Part shown: one piece after another, positions 1-12,450 of the stretch
Layout of the letters: every line of letters starts with the position of its first letter
Position numbering within the stretch: position 1 is the first letter of the stretch
Assembly (NCBI GenBank): GCA_977030845.1
Contig: OZ365118.1
Span: 3,162,001 to 3,226,000 of the forward strand
DNA length: 64,000 nt
From: Fimbriosthenelais zetlandica
Taxonomy: Eukaryota
Direction: 5' to 3'
Translations under genes and position numbers: made by a program
The notes under the pieces: model-generated
Databases searched by the model: none
What the model saw: the letters and a program-made list of their open reading frames with translations, nothing else
What the model was told of the DNA's origin: nothing

Positions 1-1209
1 CGAGCTGCACCCATCCCCTTTGTTGACGCAATGCAGTCTTTTACCACTAATCTCTCATCCAATGATCACAAACAATATTTAGTGGTTCCTAAAAGAATCT
101 GTCTGATGAATGGATGGTCTTAAGAGATGAATGATAATGGATTGGTGGGATTAAAAATGATAGAAAGGTCATTGGTGATTAATAATTAAATTTTTCACAA
201 GATTACCCTGAGATTTGCGCTGGTTTTGTTATACTACTTTCAATATGGTCAGTAGTAGCAGATGGCCATTGTACACCATTTATATCAGTCATGTGAAGCT
301 GCACTGTTTTATACCACATTATATCACAGTGTAGCCCTCCTCACCTATAGGTCTGTGTGCGGGATGGCCGCCCACCAGGGAGAAGACACTCTGACTTATG
401 CCTATCATACATAACTGGTGTCAAGGCCAAATACAGATTAATGGGTACTTGGTGGTCAGGCTGGTACATTGTGTGCGGCCTCTATAGCCCAGCCCAGGTC
501 CATCTCATTGCTTTATTTCTATTAAGTCCCTGACCTAGACAGCCTTGAGGAATGGCCAGTGAAGAATTAATGTTCCCCCAATATAACCTTGAACCATTTA
601 CTCAGTTATTCCTCAAGCATACATGCTGAGAAAGCAGACCTCTGGCAACCAAAAGGTCTTGGCTCCAGTCGACCGAAATGCCCAGAAACACTGACAATCT
701 TTATCAGGCAAAAATCCTCTAGAAACTACAGACTAGTGGTTGTATTTTCAGCCTGGATATTATATTTTGCTTTACATGTATGACCAGAAGTCTACCAAAA
801 CTGCTTCTGGTTCCCCAAAACAAATGTTATACTCAGCTATGCGGAACCGACTGTTTCGGATTTTCCCTTCCAGCTCCCCTCCCTGGTATATTTTAAGCTG
901 GCTTAATGGGAATAACGGTCTCATGTAGGCTGCTTTTTGAACAAAGGCATTCAAACATTGGTTCTGGCCTGTGCTTTGTCAGTATCGCCAGGAGCGATCC
1001 ATTAAATGGCCTGTCTGTAGAGATATTTGGTTTTCCTATTATTGTACCTAATGTATGATTCATCAATGGACAAATTAAGGCAGACAATGCTTTCAATGCA
1101 TTGCTAATAGTCCTGACATGGACCTGGAGGACCTTTGGTTATGTTGAGCAGCTATTCATCAACTCTGCCGAGCCACTCTTACAGCACCTTCCCTGTCCCA
1201 TCCCTCATA

Positions 1210-1545
1210 GATGCTTCAACTTAGACAATAGATCCATGGCTCAGATTTCCTGTTCAAAAATCCAAGATTCCCCATGGCTATCCTATCATTGTTTCTTAAA
1301 TTTAAGCTGGTTTCACTTGCTTTAAAAAATGCAACGTATGTGCTGGAAGGTTTTAGGATGATCCCTCCTGGATGTTTCAAGTCATCTAAGACAATAGCTC
1401 TATGGTTCAGATTTCCTCTCGAAAAATCCAAGATTCCCTTCATGCACTTCTTGGAAATTCCAGCATTGTTTCTTAAATTTAAACTGGTTTCAATTGGTTG
1501 AAATGATACAAAGCTTGTGCAGGAAGACTTTAGGATCCATCAAGA
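1210..1545. repeat. Diverged tandem duplication, period about 166 bp, 2 copies
   Basis: Shared blocks such as AGACAATAG..ATGG.TCAGATTTCCT, AAAAATCCAAGATTCCC, CATTGTTTCTTAAATTTAA.CTGGTTTCA and TTTAGGAT occur twice. Confidence 0.8.
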
Positions 1546-4317
1546 CTAATATATTAACATCTTGCATCGCTTGGGGTACCTATAAAGTTGTAATTGATTG
1601 AATTGGCCCGCTTACAGCCTGCGGTACAATGTACAAGTGATAAATCGTGACATTGATCAGTTTACTGGACGCCTGATGAGTCACAGGGGTGCCCTCATGT
1701 CTTTTAATGCTTGTAATAAAGATAAACATTATCAGGCCCGGGGTGTTTATCAATTAGAAGAGAGAGCACTTGGAGTGGATGTTTATCAATCTCACAGCCC
1801 TCGTGTAATTGCCTTGTAATAGTTCCAGCCCTCGTCCCCCTGAACCCTAATTCACCCTCCAATGTCCACCCTCCGGCTCTCCCAATTTGTTGACCAAATA
1901 TCCTTTATCTACAGTGGGGAAGCACTGAGAGGGAACCATCCAGTCCTTCACCTATCTGTATTATTATTTTTGTCTTGTCTGAATCCCACTCCCCAGTGAA
2001 ATATTTATAAAGGAGAGTGGAGGATTTGGAGAGCTTGGGATGGAGCTAGTCCATCTAGCTCTCCATGTAAATCAGGATGGTAGGAAGAGCAGCTCCCACC
2101 CGCCCGGTGTCATGACCCACATTCCAGCCCGCGTCGCCAGGGGGAATTACCCTTATTACCACCCATGGGAACGCCGGGGAACCTGTAATTTGCGCCTGGA
2201 GGACCCTCCGAAAGGGTCTCCAGGCAAGGCAGCGGGGTTGACATAGAAATTACAAGCACCTCCAATGTGACATGAAGTGAAAACATTTGTCTTGGGCGCA
2301 CCCTGTGGATTCAGATAGTGCGGGGATAGCATTGTGTGGCGCACGTATGCATGTAGAATGTCCTTTCATAACAAGTGGTAACATTGACAGTGTTTTGTGA
2401 CAGATTCACTGTATGGACATGCATAGCTGTCACTACAGCAGTCATTAGTGGCCTGCTGTGAGCTGATGGCAACTTGTGCAGTTTTGAGTGGATCATAATA
2501 CTCTGACAAAGTATGCGATATGAGGCTCGGTTAAAACGCCTCAGTTTCCATGACTTGTCAGATCTTCATTTAAAAGTACCACATCCCCGCTAGGTCCTAT
2601 CTGACAAGCCCCTGGAGTAGAAGTAAGGGCCATGCCTTGAACAATACATCCTCTTCACCTATCTCCATATATTCCTTTTAGGCGTGTTAAAATTTATCAC
2701 ACGTGCAGTATATGGTGGTAAGAAATTGTGGGAGGCGGGAGCATGAGATATATGACATGGCAAATCGAGGAGAACGGAGGGAGAGGGAGAGGAGGTATAA
2801 AAGGCCAGGAATGGATGAGCAGTGGTGGAGGGTGGGTGGGTTGGTGGTGGTATGCATGCAGGCATGAGAAGCAGAGTGGGTATGACACTAGAGGAGGAGG
2901 AGGGGCTGGAGGAGTAGGTGGTATCCTTCCTCCAGGCCGCAGTCATCCATCACCAGTTGATCTGGTGAAGGATCTCTGGCAGGATCATGAGGGTGGTCAG
3001 TCCCTGTTCCCTGCCTAATCCCAACCCTCCAGCTTCCCCCCTAAAAACCCAGCCCTCTCCGCTGACCTTTTTAGCACCCCTTGGGATTCCAAGCAGCCAA
3101 GCCTCCCTTCTTACCCTACAATCTGGCCAATCTTCTCCGGGAAATTCCAACCCTCTGTCCCACTAAGAAAGGTCTATCTCAGACATTGATGCATAAACCT
3201 TTACTGAAATCATGTTCTAATGCTGCGATGAATTTCTTTCTCAGTTTCATTTTTTTAAAGAGATTGAACAAATAGGCTGGGGTTGTTTGATGAATTCGCA
3301 GTGAAAGGTCTGTGGTCTGGGAATACTTTCTTTGAGCTGCTCCTGTGTGGTGGGAGCGTCTTTGAGAGCTGCTCAGTCCAATCTGGGAGGTAAAGGGTCA
3401 TTGTATGGACTGATCATGATAGGAGAGGGGGACGCTTTATCGCGACCAAGATGAATCATAGGCCGGCCACGGATCCAAGCTGGCACGCCATGATTGGTCA
3501 TTTCTACCGGGATCTTCTATCTGAGGATGGATACACGACTAGCTTCCGCTGACCGCCGCCACTGACCGCAGCTCCCCCTACAGTCACCACCCACCACCAC
3601 TACCCACAGACACTGCCCCCTATACAGCCCTCCCACTGCTATAGCTCCCTCACTGATTCTAACCCCAACTCACTCAAAATAATATTGAAATTTATTTGAG
3701 ACAGAATCGACTGTCATTTATATGTATAGTATCTTTTCAATGTTGAAACTGAGGGCTGCTCCCAACCTTTTTACTATTCCGAATTGGATAAGTCTTAGAT
3801 GCTTCAGTTGGTATCTCAGAAAGATCATTCCTGCTGTGTAGGTTCATAGTTCTTTTCAATAATTAAATTTTCTCCCGATTTCCCCGTTGCTTGTGTATAC
3901 CACCTGATGGCATTTCCAACATATATCGAGTAGAGTTTTTCATAACCCAGCGATCCTATCCCACTATAAAGATGGAATAGGACCCAGTTTACCTTTATTA
4001 AAAGTTGGGGTTTACACTAATGCAATTGCTTTTACCTTCTACGCGGGCCTAATGGAGCTTGGCACTCTGGGGAGAGGCGTGGAGATGGTGGTTTGATCCA
4101 GGATTAGCGTGTAGCCATGTCCTTTAGGTGAGGTCCATATCCCTGGATGTGCTGGGTGGGGACATGTCACCACACCTTATATCTTAGCCTTCTCTATACA
4201 TCCTCTATCCAACCTTCTCATCCCAAATCTCCACTGAGATTTGGTCACTCACTCCTTGACCTGTGCGGGGAAAGAAAACCTTAATGTATTGGATGCATAT
4301 AGCAAAATCCCAAAGCT

Positions 4318-4410
4318 AAATCTTGTCTCAGTTTCAAAAAAAAATCCCCCCCATAACAAAATTTTTATTCCATATCCCAGCACCAAATCTTGTCTCAGTT
4401 TAAAAAAAAA
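4318..4410. repeat. Direct repeat AAATCTTGTCTCAGTTT + poly(A), period 67 bp
   Basis: Identical 17-mer at 4318-4334 and 4385-4401, each followed by an A run. Confidence 0.8.
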
Positions 4411-7313
4411 CAACCCAAAAACAACAACAAAAATTGTTGGCCCCAAATCAGGCATTGCTTTCATATACACTGCATGCGAGGAGGTTTCAAATGAAAGCAT
4501 GAGAATGAACGTCATGCATTTGAAATTAAATCTAAGCATTTAAGAACACATTTCGATATAATGGTTTTGATAGTTTTTGGTGGTGATCAGCAGTGCTGAG
4601 GTCATCCATTTTGTCTCTCACATTTCCCAGCAGAGAGGACATCCTTCAGGGTCTAAACACCTCCAAAAACCATAAAGACCTCCTTATGGGGGATTAATCC
4701 TCATTTCATACTCTCCTACTGTGAATTCTTTTCCAACAAATGCGTTATGATTGTTCTTTGTTGCTGGGTGGTGGGCCCTGATGAGCTACACAAGCCTGAG
4801 CCTTGGGAAGATTTCATCAGATTATGCTGGTCTATCCCTACCATTATAACCAGCTTAATGTACAATGTGTCTCAATAATGGCATTAATAACTCCCCCTCT
4901 ACTCTCAAACCTTCTCTCAACAATGTCTAATTTATGAAGATGAGACCTACTCACCAGTTTTTTTTATTGATAATATTCCCTTATTTGCAAGTAAAATAGT
5001 CGATGCCGAGACTAGGAATTGGTTCATGAGTTTATGAAAAATGACCAGAATGTAGCTGGATGATAATTCATAATGATTAATTGATGTACACATTGGTGAA
5101 TGATGTTGTTTAGTAATCTAATTGTTCACCGTCAAGTCGTAATGCCTTGATGATTACGGTTTACTTAATGCAATAATTGAAGGTAAATTACCATGGCAAT
5201 ATTAATCGCCACGCATAACGATTGTACCGCCGGGTATAAACTGAGGGTTAATTATTCCTAATTCAAATCCAATTTAAATCGCGAGAGTCGCTTAAGAAAG
5301 CTTCTCTTTCCGTCGGAATGAATGTCAAATAGTTTAAGAGAATTAATCTATTTGATTAGAAGATGGAGGATATTAGGATTACGGGTGCGGGTAGTGAATT
5401 ATTCAGACTGATTAGATCGCTCTGTGTTTTCTCTATTGTGTGCATTATGTTCATGAGATATGAATTAAATGGCACAGGACAATAGCGAGGCCTCCTCGAC
5501 TGGAACCGGGCTTATTTCCCGAGAGTCTGTTTTACAATAGTAAATGTTGAGCGCCCACTACTAGACTATATACTGGTCTATGATGTAGGGAGACAATCCT
5601 GGGACATCTCCCATACTGCAGGGAGGGGGAACTTAACCCATATGACCCACACCTATACTATATAGCCTCATATTATGACAATACTATGATAAACTAGTCC
5701 TTCTCTTCTTTACATTCACCATGTCTCATGACGGTTATATCATGTCATTTGATTACATCTGTACCCTGTAAAATGATCGGTAGTTACTAGTGAAGTATGA
5801 AACTGAAATAGGGGCAGGTTTTGAGTTTGTTAGGAACCCTAGTCCCTTAGAAGTCTCCTTTCAAAAGTGTTCGGTGTGGTTGTACATGAACATGGCTTGT
5901 GGCTTCTTACCATCACTATTGGGAGTAGTATATGAAAAGTGGACCTTTTTGCAGGTACATTTCCCAGAACAAGTACATGTCACTTGATGGTGAATACTGA
6001 ATATTGTATCTAGTTTAAGAATGCAATAATCTGATTGTCTTTTCTTTATCAATCCATTTCTTTCCTTAGCAATGGAACCCAACCTTTAAAAAGTAACCCT
6101 AAACCCTAAAAGTAGCTTTAAGAAATGAAGCAACGAACTGTGCTTATACTGCACAGTTGAAGATGATTAGAATCTTGTCTGATAAGACTGAATCTGTCGA
6201 TGTACTCGGGTTCTGAACTCTGACTCGTGGAACATCAAACTCCTTGTATTAAGAGTGTGTTATGAGTCACTGTCATCACCCATACAAACCCAGTTCATTC
6301 CTCTTGTAGAATGATTCCAGTGGGAAGTTCAGTTTTTTTTCTTGTCTGTGAACGTTATGAAGGGTAGCGGAGATTGAGATAATCACCTAGTTAGAGAGTC
6401 CATTAGGTACAGGCCACCCACTAAATCTGTAATCAACATTCCTAAATGTGTTCCATTTAAGTCTTGTTTTCTTCAACTTCCTCTGGGTCCATTGTCAAAC
6501 CGATTAGAGTCGGCCTGGCCCAGTTTAGATCCTACCTAACTAGAATAGATCCTCCTGCCTGCCGCAATTTATAATGCTTCTAACTATTTTTCCTTACATT
6601 TTGTGTATCTTTAATGTGATATTTTTGTTACTTTATCTGATTATAATTATTTATCAGTTCCATTGTAGTAATATTTTATTGTAGAATAGATTCACCCATA
6701 AATATTGCCATATTTAGCCTAGTTTCCAGGTGGCCGTTTGCAGGCATAAATATTTACCTTCTCGGGGAAGATGGTGGCCATAAGCTGGGCCGCCCAGGGA
6801 AGACTTGGTGAGGGGATAAATTTTGAGGAGGTGAGGGCATGGAGGGAGAGAGTGGAGGGGATTTGAAGGCCAGCGGTGAGGGTGGGATGGGCGGATGAGC
6901 TTGTTATTGTGAGGGCTAGAGGATGACCTCACCTTCTGCCTGGTGGAATGTCTCCTCTCACCCTCTCATACCTCCAGGCTCACTGCTCTTAGATGACGCT
7001 ACTCCAGCTGGAGAAAATGTCATCCGTCACTGGAGCGGGGGGTGGGGTGTGGTGGGGGGGGGGGGGGGGTAGGGAGGGAGGGAGGGGCATAGCTGGGGGA
7101 AATGGATAAAATGATAAAGCGACCGAGGGGGCACGGGTAAGACGCAATACATAACAGGCCTAAGCTTGAGGAAATGATGCTTCTGACATTTATGTTTGTG
7201 GCTTGCATAGCGAGGACATGGCCAAGTTATGGTGTGACCGCAACGGCCATCAGCCATAGAAAAGATCCATCCTTCTCCCCCACAAACCCACTCCGTGCGA
7301 TCCTACCCCACCA

Positions 7314-7366
7314 TGACCTCCCCAATCAGCACACCCATCATGACCTGTGACCCGGGGTCATGACCT
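7314..7366. promoter_or_regulatory. Cluster of nuclear-receptor half-sites (DR1 + ER1 + IR0)
   Basis: TGACCT 7314-19; TGACCT 7341-46, g, TGACCC 7348-53 (DR1), g, GGGTCA 7355-60 (ER1), TGACCT 7361-66 (IR0). Motif match only. Confidence 0.45.
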
Positions 7367-9507
7367 CGCGGGCACCTGTGTGGGGTTGTACCCTAACCCA
7401 GATCATGTTAGGGGTAGAAAGCCATGCGCCTGTGTGAGCGATAATAAAGAACATTATTAACTCAGTCCAGCTGCGTGTCAGCCCGCGACCATGGTCACTG
7501 GTGAACCTCTGATTCTCAGCTAGATTGAAAACGGCGAGGTGTACTTAAGCAATCCTTAACCGGTTTAAGTGAGCTTTCTCAATTCGTGGCTGGTAAATAT
7601 AATTACTTTCTGTTTGTTCAACCTCCAACATGACCTCAATTGGGAACTTTCACCCGCCTTACGAGCGGTTAAATCAATTTTCGCGTTGAGCAGGTCTGAT
7701 ACTATTCTGGGTGAGGGGAGTAGGTGAGTGAGATTACATCCATTGATTATCATGCTACTGGAGAGAGAAGTTTTACAGACGACCAAAACTAAAAGCAATT
7801 TTTACATTGATCCTCCAACAATTCTTTTTGTTTCCAGATTGAATAATTTATCAAAGGTATAGTGCGTTAGTGGCTTTATTGGCCAATGGCACACTCCATT
7901 TTTAGAGAGCACTGAATTCAATAATACTGTTGGAATGTAGGACACGGTCCCAAGTTGAACAAAAATGCTCCATATATGTACCGAGTATAGTATGCTCCGG
8001 TGAAGTAATATTAACCATCCATTATGTGATTATATTAAAAACTCATTCTTTGATGGCGGTTGATGTTTGGCTTGGCCAGCCTGTTGGGATATAAAGTTGT
8101 CAGGGTCTAAAACCAACCATGTATTTCTGACGTCAGGGCCATTTACAATGTCATCAAAGCAATTGGTATTCACCAAAGCGTTACAACCCAAAAAAATGGT
8201 CAGCGAAAAAAAATTAAATCAATTTAAGCTCCATGTTGGGTTTTTGTTTGAGCACATGCGAGGGAATTCAATATTGATCTTCATGAGTGTTCCTAGCGTT
8301 GTGCCGTCAAATTATACCAGAATTAGAAAAGCAAGGGGCATGTTGTGTCTCCAGCCCTGTCATTAGTCAGATAGCAACTACAAAGGTTGACAGCGGATGA
8401 CATGACTTTGAAATCACCCTTGCCATTGCCTTGAAATGATGACTGTAAAGCCAATACCATCCAAACCACGAGTTGGAGTTAAACCAAAATAAAAAAACCC
8501 TCGTCTGAAATTAGGCTGAGATAGTCAGACCAATCGAGAACATCCGCTCAGTTATTTCTAGCAAATTTAGGAGCCTGTCGATTAGAGTGTGGATATTTAA
8601 TTAATTCCAGTAAAGCTGTTTTGCCCTATCCCCGTTGCCATCGCAACTGTTGGTTGCTGTTTTCTCTTATCTGGCTTAGCCAAGTACTAAGCCGCCTGTA
8701 GCAGCGTGACGTCAAAAACCTATTTGCATCATTTGGTGCCAAAATCCTTTAAAGCAAACGACTTTTATTCCGCAGAATAAATTTGTATCTGCTTCAGATT
8801 CCGACAGAAATGTCGTAACCGGAATCACCTGCACATTTGTAGGCATGTTTTGAGGAAATTCTTTTGACTTTTGCTCATCTCTATTCCAAGATGGGCCATG
8901 CTTTTATACCATATTATCAAGTCTCGGCGATGTTATTCAAGCGATAAATAAGTCTTAATTGCGACCAAACAAGATGTCGGCATGCATCAAGTCGGAGGCG
9001 GGCTTTTCAATGGTGCCGTGAAATGAAGCTATCACTTTCCTAGCCCGGACTCCACAGTCCCTTCACTGACACTGAGGCGCATTAAATGAATAGAATTGAG
9101 GACTCCCATTGACAATTTCTCTTACACTAATCTCGCTTTTTCTTCCTGATTAATAACACTTGTCAGTGATTAGAATTGACGCTAAGCTGCCTAAATTCCC
9201 ACAAAAACGTCAGGCTGGTAGAATAGCGTGATAGAAAGCTGGGCTAGAGTTAGCAGGCGAGTGGAGGACCGCGGAGAAATCCACTCTATACAGATCACAT
9301 AAGATGCCCACATACATCTACCTCCCTGCTGGCCTAAATCTGGGGTTTTGGAGATGGCTTTCTTTTATTCATGAGCTCTCCATCTGGACTATTTATGTCA
9401 TGGTTTTAGAAAAACATTTGTTACTGGAGACTGATTTCAAATATATCACTTTGCCGCAGCACTATAAATTTGATCACAATTTATTTGCTGAAAATGTATA
9501 TTGATTG

Positions 9508-9571
9508 CATGTGAATTACCATGTGAATTATCATGTGAATTACCATGTGAATTACCATGTGAATGACCATG
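9508..9571. repeat. 12-bp minisatellite (CATGTGAATTAC) x about 5.3
   Basis: Read directly; two units carry single substitutions. Confidence 0.95.
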
Positions 9572-10974
9572 GCTTGCTGGGCATGTCAGTCCCATACATG
9601 TACATATGGCTGCATTTAATGCTAGCAATAGCAGCATCGCTCTCCGTCAGATTGAAACCTCCATGTCCAAATGAAGACATCGTGAGGATGTAATAGTGAT
9701 TACTTTTGTCAGTAAAGCACCGGATTTGTTAGTTGGAGCCATTTGCTACTCTTTTCACGACTGTAATCAAATGGAAACGGGGACGAGCAACGCTAATGGA
9801 AAGCAAATCATCAAGAAGGGAATGAGATGGTTGCATAACGCATTCTCTGATTTTCTCTCGCACTGAAATCCCGGGCAAATCGTGCCGATTATGAAGGGAC
9901 AGAGTTTGAGGCGATCTAGTAGTATACTGAAATGTCCCATGTACGCAGGGAGGGGTATTCAAATAGAGTTAATTGCGCGCGTCGTTCTTACAGCAGCCAC
10001 ATTGCTCCTGCTAATATAATTAGCCCCATTCTAACACCAGGAGCGGGCCGTGGATTATCTCTCATGCTCTCTTTGATCTGCCATACATTTGGCCCTCTGC
10101 TACCTCTCTAATGTACATATAGTTTGATTAGATTGTGAAGGAAATCGTGCAGAGGGTCTAAGATCAAGATGGGTCCCACTCGTATGTTTCCTGGAGATAC
10201 TTCACACTTGGCATTTGGATGTCACATTAAAGTAAGAGCCGGGGGCTGCCGACCCCATATACTCCCTCCCAAAGCCTAATCAGGTTAAAGGTGACATAGG
10301 AGTTGGACCTCCCCCGCCGTGCCACCTTCTGGCTGTCGGAAAAATCACGTGCCTGCTTCTACATCCGGGCTGTAGAACAATTGAAGCAAGTCGGGAGGTT
10401 GAAGTTTGGACATGAGGGCACATGAGACGGAATAATTAATGAGACTTACTGGTGAAACGGTCTGAGATTACCACAGGCCACTGTTCATTCAACCAAAATG
10501 ACTTATCTTCAGAATATTCCATTTGCTCATTTTAGTACAACCTAAAGATGGAAATGATAATAACTGCATTTGCCATCACAATTTGTGCCCTTTTCATAGG
10601 GATTATATCAACAATTCTGAACCAAACTTTGGTCATAATTTAAAAGCAGTTCTGTCCCATATAGTATGGATTATTATAGAAATAATCAATTCTAACACCT
10701 GGATCCTACTTTATGACATAACTTTGATATGACCTCACCATTCTGGTCAGATATAAGTCTCATACTCCGCTATGATGACCAGTAAGGGCCTCTAAGTTAT
10801 CTCTTATTACGCCTCCCCCGGCCCGCCTACACCAGGTTGATATTTTTAATGAGGCTGTGATAAGTGCTGCTTTTAAGAGATTTCTATTCGCTTGGCCGGA
10901 TTTGATTTGAAGCCATCACCAGCGTGACTTAGTGAATAGACCTCCACCCACCACGCTCCCCTCACCGGAAATCT

Positions 10975-11115
10975 GATGACCGGAAGTCGTCTTAGCGTGC
11001 GTGAGCGTTGCATTATCCAGCGGGCATGCGCGGGACGAGGGCAGAACGCGAGTTCCGGTCCCACTTGTATGCCATCTCGTGGCTGCCTTCCAAACGACTC
11101 CAATATGGCGGCGGT
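10975..11115. promoter_or_regulatory. CpG-rich promoter-like patch (ETS + YY1 motifs)
   Basis: CCGGAAGT 10980-87, a second TTCCGG near 11054, AATATGGCGGC 11102-12; locally high CpG. Confidence 0.3.
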
Positions 11116-11357
11116 AGTTGGAAGGCGAGGTGACTTTAAGAGAAGGTAGAGACATTGTTAAGGCCTGGGACGCTTTTATGGCTACTAATAGAGATGGACA
11201 CGCTTCCTGCCTCATCCAGAAACGGGTCATTTTCTACAAATGCTAATAGCTCAACGCCAAAAGGTTTTCAATTGAAGGGTTGGGAGGGCCTGGTGGCATT
11301 GTCAGTGGATGGCCGGGCAGACAATTCCCTCCAGGGAAGGACACTCACATTTACTGA

Positions 11358-11374
11358 AGGTCATTCTCAGGTCA
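11358..11374 (+). promoter_or_regulatory. Perfect DR5 element (RARE-type)
   Basis: AGGTCA-ttctc-AGGTCA. Motif match only. Confidence 0.4.
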
Positions 11375-11957
11375 TGTGATGATGCTGGCGATCCGGTAGA
11401 GAATGGATCCCGGGTAAAGTAAGGCACTGACAGAAACCTCCTGTGTGAAATCTTCAGGGAATACAGGTAATTAATGGTCAAACACAGCCTTTCAAACCTG
11501 ATATGCCTCTACCCCTCCCCACCAAGCACTTACTTCTCTTTTTATATACACCTTTCCCAGGAGGGTGCTGCGGTCTTTTGATTTCCGAGCCGAGGCTACG
11601 TTTTAATTGCAGCTTTTGGCAGAGAGCGAGTCATGGAATGCATTCACCGGCCCTCAGTCTGATTGACAAAGCACTCAATGTGACACCAGTTATATCCAAT
11701 TTACCTTTCATCTGCCAACACCCTTATCCAATAACACCTCGTAAAGCATGTTTTGTGAATGGACGTTACAGCTTTAGTTTTTTGTGCTCGCTGCGCCTCG
11801 AGTCTATGAGAAGAAATGTGGCAAGTCAGAAGCAAGGTGCTAGCAGAATGAGTTACTCAGAGCACCTTGGATGGTGGCTTGTGCCTTGCACACTGAACAC
11901 CAACGTTTATATGAAAACCAGTCAGTCTTGACCACTCACGATAAACTCAGGCAAATG

Positions 11958-12005
11958 AGGCAGGCAATGCTATCTCATCAGGCAGGCAATGCTATCTCAT
12001 CAGGC
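11958..12005. repeat. 22-bp perfect tandem duplication
   Basis: AGGCAGGCAATGCTATCTCATC x2, plus AGGC. Confidence 0.95.
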
Positions 12006-12130
12006 TTTCCATTCAGCTTCTGTCCCACTTGTTGGTCCTATATCCAGGTTAGAACATGGGAAGTCCTATAAAATCACCGTAACCATATACTGGGTGTCGA
12101 AAACCATTGTCGAAAGTTCAATCTCGGCTA

Positions 12131-12450
12131 ATGTGTCACATACCCGATCATATATGGAGATAATTTCAAATGTATAATATATGTTCTTATTATCAGACGT
12201 TTTAAACTCAAAATCTGGCTGTCAGTGCGAACTATTTGCATTGTATAGTTAGACTATGAATCCACTGTGGCAAATTTGCCGTCAAAAGGATTGTAAATGT
12301 GATTTACCAAAGCACAATCTGTCATTAATTTGTCACATATATGGAGACAATTTCAAATATATGTTCTTATTCTCAGACATTTTAAACTGAGAATCTGGCG
12401 ATGAGAGTGAACTATTTATATTGTATAGTTAGACTACCTGAAGCCACTAT
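12131..12450. repeat. Diverged direct repeat, about 130-bp unit, period about 190 bp
   Basis: TGTCACAT..ATATGGAGA.AATTTCAAAT..ATATGTTCTTATT.TCAGAC.TTTTAAACT...ATCTGGC...GAACTATTT..ATTGTATAGTTAGACTA present at about 12131-12270 and about 12330-12450. Confidence 0.85.

Noticed and set aside
2040-2246. ORF containing YPYYHPW, reminiscent of a Hox hexapeptide
   Set aside because: Not YPWM, no donor after it, and no homeobox anywhere in the window.
5762-5775. TACCCTGTA matching the start of miR-10
   Set aside because: The match ends after 9 nt and there is no hairpin.
6933-7007. Minus-strand micro-exon candidates with good splice signals (also 28-nt plus-strand 27997-28024 and about 54-nt minus-strand exon ending at 32979)
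   Set aside because: Either closed in all frames or too short to assess, and they cannot be chained into a coherent gene.
11503-11931. Longest ORF in the track (142 aa)
   Set aside because: No recognisable domain, Cys/Ser/Leu composition typical of chance ORFs, and no convincing splice boundaries.
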